A stretch of 45,224 nucleotides of DNA. It comes from Rhodanobacteraceae bacterium (GTDB lineage Bacteria > Pseudomonadota > Gammaproteobacteria > Xanthomonadales > Rhodanobacteraceae). Under the pieces are notes generated by a model. It saw only the letters and a list, made by a program, of their open reading frames with translations. It searched no databases and had not been told where the DNA came from. Below, piece by piece: positions 1 through 6,550 of the stretch (the stretch's first letter is position 1; every line of letters begins with the position of its first letter). The stretch is from positions 1-45,224 of the forward strand of contig DATFCO010000220.1 in the NCBI GenBank assembly GCA_035253005.1, read 5' to 3'. The translations under genes were made by a program, and so were the position numbers.

Positions 1-173
1 CTGTCCATCGCGTCGACCCTGCGCAGGTCCCAGCGGTAGCTGTGCGGAGTTTTCAGTTGCCGCAAGTCGCGCAGCAGCCGGCGGCGGCGCTGCTTGTCCA
101 CCAGCAGGCTCCAGGAACCCGACAGCGCAATGTGCCTGTCGCCTTCGCGTTTCCAGCTTGGTGCCGTTGCCAT
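1..173 (-). CDS. 5' fragment of a chromosomal gene running off the window edge (MATAPSWKREGDRHIALSGSWSLLVDKQRRRRLLRDLRQLKTPHSYRWDLRRVDAMD...), function unknown
   Basis: ATG at 173-171 opens a minus-strand frame with no stop before position 1. Codons are strongly G/C-ending. Absent from the ORF track because it is truncated. Lies outside the att repeats. No clear RBS. Confidence 0.4.
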   Translation of the reverse strand, partial: MATAPSWKREGDRHIALSGSWSLLVDKQRRRRLLRDLRQLKTPHSYRWDLRRVDAMD

Positions 174-283
174 GGAGAAGTTCTGCGAACGATCTTCATG
201 ACAGCCAATCCCAAACTCCCGGTGAAGAGCGGGTGAAAGACGGAAAGCGCTGTGGATGCGCTGACGGAGAACCGCGCAGGGAT

Positions 284-305
284 GTGGACCGTGATGGGGT
301 CGAAC
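284..305. repeat. Degenerate second copy of the tRNA-Lys 3' end (20/22 identity to 45151-45172); probable old att scar
   Basis: gtggaccgtgatggggtcgaac versus gtgggccgtgatgggatcgaac in the tRNA gene. Mismatches at 288 and 299. Confidence 0.55.
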
Positions 306-359
306 GCTGCGCGCTTAGCAGATGCCTTTAACGGCATCTGCTGCGCAGCGTGAGCTCGA

Positions 360-407
360 ATCTGCGCGGCTCAGGTCATGCCTTGAATGACATGACCTCG
401 CGCAGAT
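360..407. other. Long imperfect hairpin of unknown role (REP-like or scar-associated)
   Basis: Outer arms atctgcgcg (360-368) and cgcgcagat (399-407). Inner arms aggtcatg (373-380) and catgacct (391-398). 4-nt bulge, 10-nt loop. Confidence 0.5.
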
Positions 408-474
408 GAGGGCCATGGATGGCGAACGGGCGAACGCGCCAAGGATGGAACGAAGCGAAAGAGGCGAGGAAATT

Positions 475-492
475 GTGGGCCGTGATGGGATC
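475..492. repeat. att site at the tRNA-distal ICE end: exact 18-bp direct repeat of the tRNA-Lys 3' end
   Basis: gtgggccgtgatgggatc is identical to 45151-45168. The extended match 470-492 versus 45146-45168 is 21/23. Confidence 0.8.
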
Positions 493-642
493 TGATTGTT
501 ATTGCAAGCAACTGATACATCAATATGCGCAGGAATGATACGTTTCGCCGTATCCCCATCAGTATCCCAACTTGGACTCGGGTATTACTCGCCAATCTAG
601 TACGGGCTCGTGCCAACGCAGACAATCTGGCAGCGCCATAGG

Positions 643-2175
643 CTAACTTCGTACACGACTATGGCTGCGGCGCTCTTGACATCCCCACTCGCACTGGTCA
701 TCAGCGGCAAGGTTTGTGTTTACTCGCCCACCATTGAGAAAGTTCAATGTGGTGATCTCATTCAGCAGCTGGCATTGGTTCTTTAGGACAGTTTGCTGCA
801 GCAGCCTCGCCCCGAGAAGCAGTGCGGCTCCTAAGGAAACGAAGCCGGCAGAAAATTGAGTGGGCGGACGCGTCGCAAAATTATTGAGCGTCGCTTCGCC
901 GATACTTCCGCACTGTGGGTTAGCGAGATATTCCTCGACGGCTTCTACATTCAAGCCTTGCTCGACCAAGAAATCTCTTCGCGCGCCGGGAAGCATCTGA
1001 CGGAGCTGTCGTTCGAGCTCACGGATGTTCTCTCCATCACGCTCTTTGGGGTTAAAGCACGCCAGGCAGGCCGCGCCGGGACGCTGCGAGTACCAATTGG
1101 TTCGAGCGGTCATGTCGAGGGTGCTTCCACCCATCAACAACCGTGGCTGCAGCCCCTGGATGTCCTGTCTGGAGATTCCCTTGTCAACGCAGGACGCGAC
1201 GATCTCGAATTCAGAGTTGTCGACTTGACGAGCAACATCAGATCTGAGGCCCCGTCGAATATCGGAAACATAAGTTTTCACCGTCCCATCGTATGGGAAG
1301 GTCTCAATTCCGCACGCCAGCAATGCGGAAGAGATCGCATCCACCTTTTTGTGGGACACATCCTGTGCGCCCGCAAGAAAACAACGATTCAAATTCGTAC
1401 CGTCGTAAACGTCATCATCTACCAGAATGAAATATCCCTGGTCGAGCTCCATGTTCTGCATCAAATAGGCGAGACCATTTCCAACTGCGCCCAGACCGAA
1501 GATATGGATAGGACAGAGGCTGAGTCCAGACACCTCAGGGCCATCTTCAAGCGCGCACCAATCTTCATTCGATTCACCGGACCACAAGGAATAGCCCGCT
1601 GCGCTCAAGAAACGACCTCGGGTGATACCCCGGGTGCGTTTGAAGACTTCGCCGGCCGCTAACGTAGCTCCAAAGAAAGGCCCAAGCGGATTTCTCGAGT
1701 TGGGAGAGGCATTGCGAGGGGCTTTGTCGGGCTCACCGACCCATGCGCACCAACCATCGGCAATGACTGTGATTACCTGACGTTCCGCTGATAGCGCGAT
1801 CGAAGGAGAAGTGTTGCCGATAAGGATGAGATGATCTGGGTCGTGAACAGTCGCAGATGTGCAGATGGAAACCGCGTCTCCTACGGCCCAGCTCACGAGT
1901 GCCTCAAGGCAGTTGGGGAAGGTTTCAACCGCTTGGCCGTTCGGCAATCTAACTACTGCTGCGGTCGATCTTGCTACCACCTCCAAATGTCTCACTAATC
2001 CAACCTGACGACAAAGAAGATTCACCAGACAAGTGACAAGTAGCTGTCCGGATCGAGAGCTTCCCCACTCATCCGCAACAACAATGCGCACGGACTGAGC
2101 ATCGGGCTGAAGCATATGGGATAGGCCGTCGGCGGGGCGAAGATGCCGGTCGCCAATCTTTTTGACGCCGCTCAT
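643..2175 (-). CDS. bilD: E1-like ThiF-family Ubl-activating enzyme (Bil-type system, BilD-like)
   Basis: 510 aa. Has the GLGAVGNG nucleotide-binding loop, DDDVYDGTNLNRCF (ThiF/E1 D.D....SNLNR-type motif) and a CLAC pair. Its start shares ATGA with the JAB stop (2172-2175). Last gene of the Ubl-E2-JAB-E1 operon. Confidence 0.85.
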   Translation of the reverse strand: MSGVKKIGDRHLRPADGLSHMLQPDAQSVRIVVADEWGSSRSGQLLVTCLVNLLCRQVGLVRHLEVVARSTAAVVRLPNGQAVETFPNCLEALVSWAVGDAVSICTSATVHDPDHLILIGNTSPSIALSAERQVITVIADGWCAWVGEPDKAPRNASPNSRNPLGPFFGATLAAGEVFKRTRGITRGRFLSAAGYSLWSGESNEDWCALEDGPEVSGLSLCPIHIFGLGAVGNGLAYLMQNMELDQGYFILVDDDVYDGTNLNRCFLAGAQDVSHKKVDAISSALLACGIETFPYDGTVKTYVSDIRRGLRSDVARQVDNSEFEIVASCVDKGISRQDIQGLQPRLLMGGSTLDMTARTNWYSQRPGAACLACFNPKERDGENIRELERQLRQMLPGARRDFLVEQGLNVEAVEEYLANPQCGSIGEATLNNFATRPPTQFSAGFVSLGAALLLGARLLQQTVLKNQCQLLNEITTLNFLNGGRVNTNLAADDQCEWGCQERRSHSRVRS

Positions 2176-2705
2176 CTCAGATCCTCTACCTGGACTTCTC
2201 CCGGCACAAGAATCACACGCGCTTTCGCTGACTGCTCGTCGAGGAGATGCCAGTACTCATTCTGCCACTCGTGCACACCCACCCCGCTTGGAAATGCTGG
2301 AGCATGGTTCCCGTAGAAAGGAAACACCATCGATAGTGCCTTCCTGCTGCTCGCCATTTCATCGTCGTATCTTGAGTGCTCAACGTTTGCACCAGGATGA
2401 CTGTGAATTTGCGCCAAGGGCTTCCAGATATCGGGCAGGCGGCGAACCACTTCAGTCAAGGCCTGCGCCGAAACCAAATAATTTCCCCAGCTCATTCGCT
2501 GGCGCGGGGCGACGACATAAGCCACTGTGCCGTTCCCAGCGGCATCTCGAACTCCGTACCACAGCACTCCACTTTCACGACGTCTTGCGGCTCTTAGCAG
2601 AGCAAGTGTCGATGTCAAGGCCGAGAACGGAACCCGAAGCTGAAGGCCATTGGGCTCGTACGCTCGCGCCGATGGTGGACGTAAGACGTCGTCTTCATTG
2701 TCCAT
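2172..2705 (-). CDS. bilC: JAB/JAMM (MPN+) metallopeptidase, Ubl-processing/deconjugating enzyme (BilC-like)
   Basis: 177 aa. Complete JAMM signature: E44 in ESGVLWYG, then H101-S-H103-PGANVEH-S111-RY-D114 (HxHx7Sx2D). Overlaps the E2 stop by 11 nt. Confidence 0.88.
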   Translation of the reverse strand: MDNEDDVLRPPSARAYEPNGLQLRVPFSALTSTLALLRAARRRESGVLWYGVRDAAGNGTVAYVVAPRQRMSWGNYLVSAQALTEVVRRLPDIWKPLAQIHSHPGANVEHSRYDDEMASSRKALSMVFPFYGNHAPAFPSGVGVHEWQNEYWHLLDEQSAKARVILVPGEVQVEDLR

Positions 2706-3216
2706 GTTTTGGAAACGGTCCTTGGTAGAAAGAAGCCATTGCTCTCTTTATTGCGTTGACGGTGGTCCAGAAGTTATTGGTTTCGGACCACAGGTGCTCT
2801 TGCGCGACGTTGTGCTTTATTTCGTAGAACTCCAGAGTGGCCGAACAACAAATGAGCTGGATCTTGTTTGTACCGTGTGGGTAGGCAACATGTGTCCGGC
2901 ATTCTCCGCTCGTAAGCTGCGGAACAAAGTGCTGATCCTGCGGGTAGGAGTAACTCAGCGTCTCCGGATTCACGAACTGCGCGCTGGGAGGCCAAGTCCG
3001 ATATGCATGGAAGCCCAAACGCAGCAGATAATCGTCGGTGTTCCCTTGGTGCACCCCGGAGATCGGGATTAGCAACGTGAGCTTATTCGGGCGCGACCAC
3101 CCTAACTCTTCAATCGAAGTCGCACCGAGCATTCTCAAAACGCGCGGCAGATCCTCCTCCAAGGCCGCCGCGCCCGCCGCGGGATCTATCGCCGGAGATT
3201 CGTTGATTTGCGCCAT
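2695..3216 (-). CDS. bilB: E2-like (UBC-fold) Ubl-conjugating protein (BilB-like)
   Basis: 173 aa. YRTWPPSAQFVNPE resembles the UBC Y..PP...F...NP core. Candidate catalytic Cys at 106 or 123/124 (IQLICCSATLEFY). Its ATG at 3216-3214 directly abuts the Ubl stop. Confidence 0.7.
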   Translation of the reverse strand: MAQINESPAIDPAAGAAALEEDLPRVLRMLGATSIEELGWSRPNKLTLLIPISGVHQGNTDDYLLRLGFHAYRTWPPSAQFVNPETLSYSYPQDQHFVPQLTSGECRTHVAYPHGTNKIQLICCSATLEFYEIKHNVAQEHLWSETNNFWTTVNAIKRAMASFYQGPFPKHGQ

Positions 3217-3519
3217 CTAGGCGCCTCCAGTCTCCGACGCGATGCTGAACCGGTAATCGGTAATAACGCCTTGATCACGTGCTTGTTCCAGCGTCAACCC
3301 GAGATCACCCATCAGAGATTTCGGATGGTGCCCAGCCGTTTGGAAAACGTCCTTGGCTCTGCGCGCGATCTTGAGTTCTACATACGACTTGTCCCAGACC
3401 TGCGCTAAGGTGGCGGTAATAGATTCGGAGAACGTGACCTTCTCGGCTTCTTTGATGTCCTGGACATGGACCTCAACGTGCTTGGGGTGCCGCTTGGATT
3501 CTTCTGCTTGCTCATTCAC
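3217..3519 (-). CDS. bilA: Small ubiquitin-like (beta-grasp) protein with C-terminal ...SETGG-A (BilA-like)
   Basis: 100 aa. GTG start at 3519 with AAGGA 8 nt upstream. C-terminus is GGA-stop (diglycine plus one residue). First gene of the operon with E2, JAB and E1. Confidence 0.72.
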   Translation of the reverse strand: MNEQAEESKRHPKHVEVHVQDIKEAEKVTFSESITATLAQVWDKSYVELKIARRAKDVFQTAGHHPKSLMGDLGLTLEQARDQGVITDYRFSIASETGGA

Positions 3520-3594
3520 TGGAGTGATCCTTCTTGACTGGGGTCTTCAGATATGATTCTATTCGTTGCAGCTGTAGGACGTATTCGATGAGAA

Positions 3595-3610
3595 ACGTAT
3601 CGTCTTACGT
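3595..3610. promoter_or_regulatory. Candidate operator: ACGTA-N6-TACGT inverted repeat just downstream of the putative -10
   Basis: acgtatcgtcttacgt. A third ACGTA half-site lies at 3579-3583. Sits in the divergent intergenic region between the Ubl gene and the XRE gene. Confidence 0.3.
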
Positions 3611-3617
3611 GCGAAAC

Positions 3618-3646
3618 ACTCTACTCGGCAGCGCCTGAGCCGTCAA
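3618..3646 (-). promoter_or_regulatory. Candidate sigma-70 promoter for the Ubl-E2-JAB-E1 operon
   Basis: The minus strand reads TTGACG (3646-3641), a 17-nt spacer, then TAGAGT (3623-3618). It lies ~95 nt upstream of the GTG at 3519. Confidence 0.4.
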
Positions 3647-3678
3647 GACTTGGGCGTTTTTTCGCGCACGGAGAAAAA

Positions 3679-4029
3679 GTGGAATTAAAAATCAATGATT
3701 TAGGAAAGATGGTTGCCGATAAGCGCGGAACTCGTGGGGTTAGGGCAGCCGCTTTAGAAGCAGGCGTGAGCCCCGCGACACTCTCCAGGGTGGAGAACGG
3801 CCACATGCCCGATCTCGCCACTTTTGCCAGACTATGTAAGTGGGTCGAACGAGATCCGCGCGAGTTCTTAGGCATGGAGCTGAGCAACGACCAAGCGACA
3901 ACCCCAACGGCGGTTGTGCATTTCAAGAAAAAGAAGACAGTCGCAATGGACACTGCAACCGCGCTGGGACATTTGATCATTGCTGCGCAGAATGCATTGC
4001 GTGCGCGTGAAAGCCTTCTGGGCAAGTGA
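3679..4029 (+). CDS. XRE-family helix-turn-helix transcriptional regulator (CapH/ImmR-like)
   Basis: 116 aa. HTH segment RGVRAAALEAGVSPATLSRVENG. GTG start at 3679 preceded by GGAGA. An alternative ATG at 3709 has AGGAAAG upstream. Followed 3 nt later by the ImmA-like gene. Confidence 0.8.
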   Translation: MELKINDLGKMVADKRGTRGVRAAALEAGVSPATLSRVENGHMPDLATFARLCKWVERDPREFLGMELSNDQATTPTAVVHFKKKKTVAMDTATALGHLIIAAQNALRARESLLGK

Positions 4030-4032
4030 CCC

Positions 4033-4596
4033 TTGCGACGTGGCTTCAAAGCTCAAGCGGAAAAGAACGCCGCAGCAGCGAGAGCTGCGCTGCAGCTGGC
4101 AGAGATTGCGCCTCTGGACCCTTGGGAGTATGCCGCGCATCTCAACGTGACCATTCTCGATTTCGAGACACTTGGCTTGAATACTCAAGTGACTCGTCAA
4201 TTGATAGAGGTCGATGCTTCAAGTTGGTCAGCAATGACCTTGCAAGAGGGAAATGCTTTTGCGATCGTGATCAACCCTGTCCACGCAAAAGTGCGGCAGC
4301 GGAGCGATCTCATGCATGAGTTGTCGCACATTCTCCTGCGGCATGTTCCCGCTCGCGTAGATGTCGCCCCATCAAAACTGTTGCTCCTGAGTGACTACTC
4401 CGACGAGCAGGAGCAAGAAGCAGATTGGCAGGCGGGAGCACTCCTAGTGCCTCGGGATGGGTTACTGCGTTTGCGCTCGCGCCGGCAAAGCGCGGCAGAT
4501 ATTGCAGAGCATTTTGGAGTCAGCGCCGCACTTTGCGAATGGCGCTTGCGCATGACTGGAGTGGATGTCCAAATGCGTCGCTCTACGAACGGCTGA
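4033..4596 (+). CDS. ImmA/IrrE-family (COG2856) zinc metallopeptidase (CapP/ImmA-like)
   Basis: 187 aa. HEXXH as HELSHILLRH, plus downstream EQEADWQAGALLVPRDGL, typical of ImmA/IrrE. TTG start at 4033, 3 nt after the XRE stop. Confidence 0.8.
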   Translation: MRRGFKAQAEKNAAAARAALQLAEIAPLDPWEYAAHLNVTILDFETLGLNTQVTRQLIEVDASSWSAMTLQEGNAFAIVINPVHAKVRQRSDLMHELSHILLRHVPARVDVAPSKLLLLSDYSDEQEQEADWQAGALLVPRDGLLRLRSRRQSAADIAEHFGVSAALCEWRLRMTGVDVQMRRSTNG

Positions 4597-4623
4597 TGCT
4601 ATTCAATGGTAGTGGTATAGGGG

Positions 4624-4648
4624 AAAACGCGGGCTATATAAGCCCGCG
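4624..4648 (-). terminator. Probable intrinsic terminator of radC
   Basis: 8-bp GC stem cgcgggct/agcccgcg (4628-4635 and 4641-4648) with a 5-nt loop. Followed on the minus strand by TTTT (4627-4624). Overlaps the radC stop. Confidence 0.45.
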
Positions 4649-5116
4649 CTGCGCCATGGAGGTCGCCGTCTCGCCGATGACGAAGTGGTCGAGGACGCGA
4701 ACGCCAATGAGAACCAGAGCATCGCGCAGCTCGCGCGTGATCGCGCGATCCGCCGCGGAAGGTTCTGAGACACCCGAAGGGTGATTGTGCGCGAAGATCA
4801 CGGCGGCGGCATTGTGCCGGATGGAGGCGCGTACGACCTCACGCGGATGAACTGAAGCGCCATCGAGCGTGCCATTGAAGAGCTTTTCGCACGCGATGAC
4901 GCGATGGCGATTGTCGAGGAAGATGCAGTGAAACTCTTCGTGCGGCAGCGCGCCAAGTCGAATGCGCAGGAACTGTTCGGTGTCGCGCGGACTCTTCAAC
5001 TCGGCCTGGCGCTCGAGCCGCCGGCGTAGGATGTCTTCCGCAGCAACGAGAATCTCGTGTTCGCAAAACGGTGTGGTGACGTGATAGTCGTTCAACATGT
5101 CGCGGCGGTGACTCAT
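4634..5116 (-). CDS. radC: RadC-like JAB-domain protein
   Basis: 160 aa from the ATG at 5116 (GGAG RBS upstream). Motifs [20 protein letters not shown] and HPREV are typical of RadC/UPF0758. The longer track ORF to 5290 is Arg-rich and was rejected. Confidence 0.85.
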   Translation of the reverse strand: MSHRRDMLNDYHVTTPFCEHEILVAAEDILRRRLERQAELKSPRDTEQFLRIRLGALPHEEFHCIFLDNRHRVIACEKLFNGTLDGASVHPREVVRASIRHNAAAVIFAHNHPSGVSEPSAADRAITRELRDALVLIGVRVLDHFVIGETATSMAQRGLI

Positions 5117-5510
5117 GTCTGATCTCCTTCGGCGCTGGATTGCACCGTGGGAAGTCAGGCGCGTAGCGGGATAGCACCAGCGCACCGCAAGCAAGCGCGC
5201 AGCGCGCAGCGGCGGGCGGAACGCAGTGGAGCACCCCTTGCGGGTTGCGCGGTGCGACCGCGAAGCAATGATGACCACGATAAGGTGCAATTCCCCGCAC
5301 GAAGACAGACATGCAAAGCGGAGCCGCGATCGGCGAATACACGAATCTGTGTTTGCGAGAGACGCGGCGGTGAGTTTCCTGCGTTGCGGAGCGCCAGCGA
5401 ATCAGCGCGCGAACACTTCTTGTTCCAGCATTCGCCTAAGCGCAACCACGACCGATGCGGACGAAGCACGCGCCGCAGAGCCGAATTATTCAGTGATCGG
5501 CAGAAGTGCT

Positions 5511-5981
5511 CTATGAACGCAAGCGATCGTCGTAGATGAACCTACGCACCCTCGTGGCCTTGCAGCGCTTTGCATCCGGATGAGCTGGATTGATCAAGAT
5601 GTTCAGCTCCTCGGGGACGATCACCGAAGGCACCCGAAGAATCGCACTCACCCCTGAGCGCACCCATGTTTCGCCGACCTCGATGGACGTCAGCCCGGCA
5701 GGCTGTGCATCCCATCCAACCGGAGGCCTCGCAATCTCGGTCGCCTCATTGAACACTTCATCCGGAATGTCGATGCGGATGAGATAGCGATTCAATGGAA
5801 GCGAGTGGGTGCCGATGTGGACCAAAGTTTCCAATACGGCCAGCCCGATGTTCGGCGACGAATAGACGATCGCCGTCCCTTTGTCGTTCCAGCGTCCGCC
5901 GGTGTCCTTCGCTCCGGCGCCGGTCATGTCATCGCAGTGGTAGCTCCTCGCTTCGACGGCGATACGCCAAGCGGTGGCCAT
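5511..5981 (-). CDS. RES-domain toxin
   Basis: 156 aa. R-E-S signature elements GGRWN, LAVLE and RVPSVIVP. Its start shares ATGA with the upstream antitoxin stop (5981). Confidence 0.8.
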   Translation of the reverse strand: MATAWRIAVEARSYHCDDMTGAGAKDTGGRWNDKGTAIVYSSPNIGLAVLETLVHIGTHSLPLNRYLIRIDIPDEVFNEATEIARPPVGWDAQPAGLTSIEVGETWVRSGVSAILRVPSVIVPEELNILINPAHPDAKRCKATRVRRFIYDDRLRS

Positions 5982-6550
5982 CAGGCGTACGCGCCCGATT
6001 GCGATTGTTGCAGAATTTTCAGGACTTCCTGGGCGCCGACTGCCGTATCAAGCAACTCGGCCGGTTTGCGATCGCCTAGCGCCGGAACGGGTGTCTGCAC
6101 CCACTCACCGACCCACTTCGCCGCATCGAATCCTTCCGGATTGCCGCTCTCATCGACGATGCGCTGTGCTTCACCGATCAGCTTGCTGACATCCAACACA
6201 CGCTCGCTCTCCGATGGCGACAACGGCTTGTCGTTTTGCAGCTTGCGATGAACAGACTGGATAGCGACCCCCGTCCATCGGCTGAAAGTCTTTTGATCCG
6301 TTCCCAGATCCTTCGCGATTCTTTTGAAGACTTCGGGCGAGACTCCGTAGCGCAGCACTTCGACCAAGAATCCCGGTTCTGCTCGACGGATCATGGTGTA
6401 GGTGTCGCGATCGAAGTCGTCCCTGCCCGTCAGCTTGCGCGCGAGGCCTTTATTAGTCTCCAACATCGCACTTCCCGAGCTGGTTTGAGCGTACGCAGTA
6501 AACCGACCCGCCGCGGCGGACCTCTCGCTTCTCCGAAGAGCCTTACTCAT
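5981..6550 (-). CDS. Xre-like antitoxin with C-terminal DUF2384 domain (MbcA/ParS-type partner of RES toxins)
   Basis: 189 aa from the ATG at 6550 (AAGGAG RBS). The C-terminus ...FDAAKWVGEWVQTPVPALGDRKPAELLDTAVGAQEVLKIL is typical of DUF2384. Translationally coupled to the RES gene. Confidence 0.75.
   Translation of the reverse strand: MSKALRRSERSAAAGRFTAYAQTSSGSAMLETNKGLARKLTGRDDFDRDTYTMIRRAEPGFLVEVLRYGVSPEVFKRIAKDLGTDQKTFSRWTGVAIQSVHRKLQNDKPLSPSESERVLDVSKLIGEAQRIVDESGNPEGFDAAKWVGEWVQTPVPALGDRKPAELLDTAVGAQEVLKILQQSQSGAYA

Noticed and set aside
53-625. ORFs 53-337 and 371-625 (minus) and 42-236 (plus) at the left edge
   Set aside because: They cross the att scar and hairpins, have implausible composition and no RBS. 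The only convincing coding signal here is the truncated frame 1-173.
856-1662. 268-aa plus-strand ORF inside the E1 gene region
   Set aside because: It is antisense to a gene with clear ThiF/E1 motifs. It has no RBS or recognisable motif and looks like a shadow frame.
643-3519. Reading E1/E2/JAB as type II CBASS accessory genes (Cap2/Cap3)
   Set aside because: There is no CD-NTase or effector gene in the window. E1 and E2 are separate proteins rather than a Cap2 fusion, and a dedicated Ubl with a GG terminus is present.
643-3519. Reading the Ubl/E1 pair as a MoaD/ThiS-type sulfur-carrier pathway
   Set aside because: E2-like and JAMM genes are present. MoaE, ThiG, a rhodanese domain and cofactor biosynthesis genes are absent, and the setting is a mobile element.
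5147-5539. ORFs in the radC-RES gap (5147-5539, 5155-5469, 5226-5516)
   Set aside because: All are Arg/Ala/Ser-rich with no RBS or motifs. The region is treated as non-coding or decayed and flagged as a finding instead.
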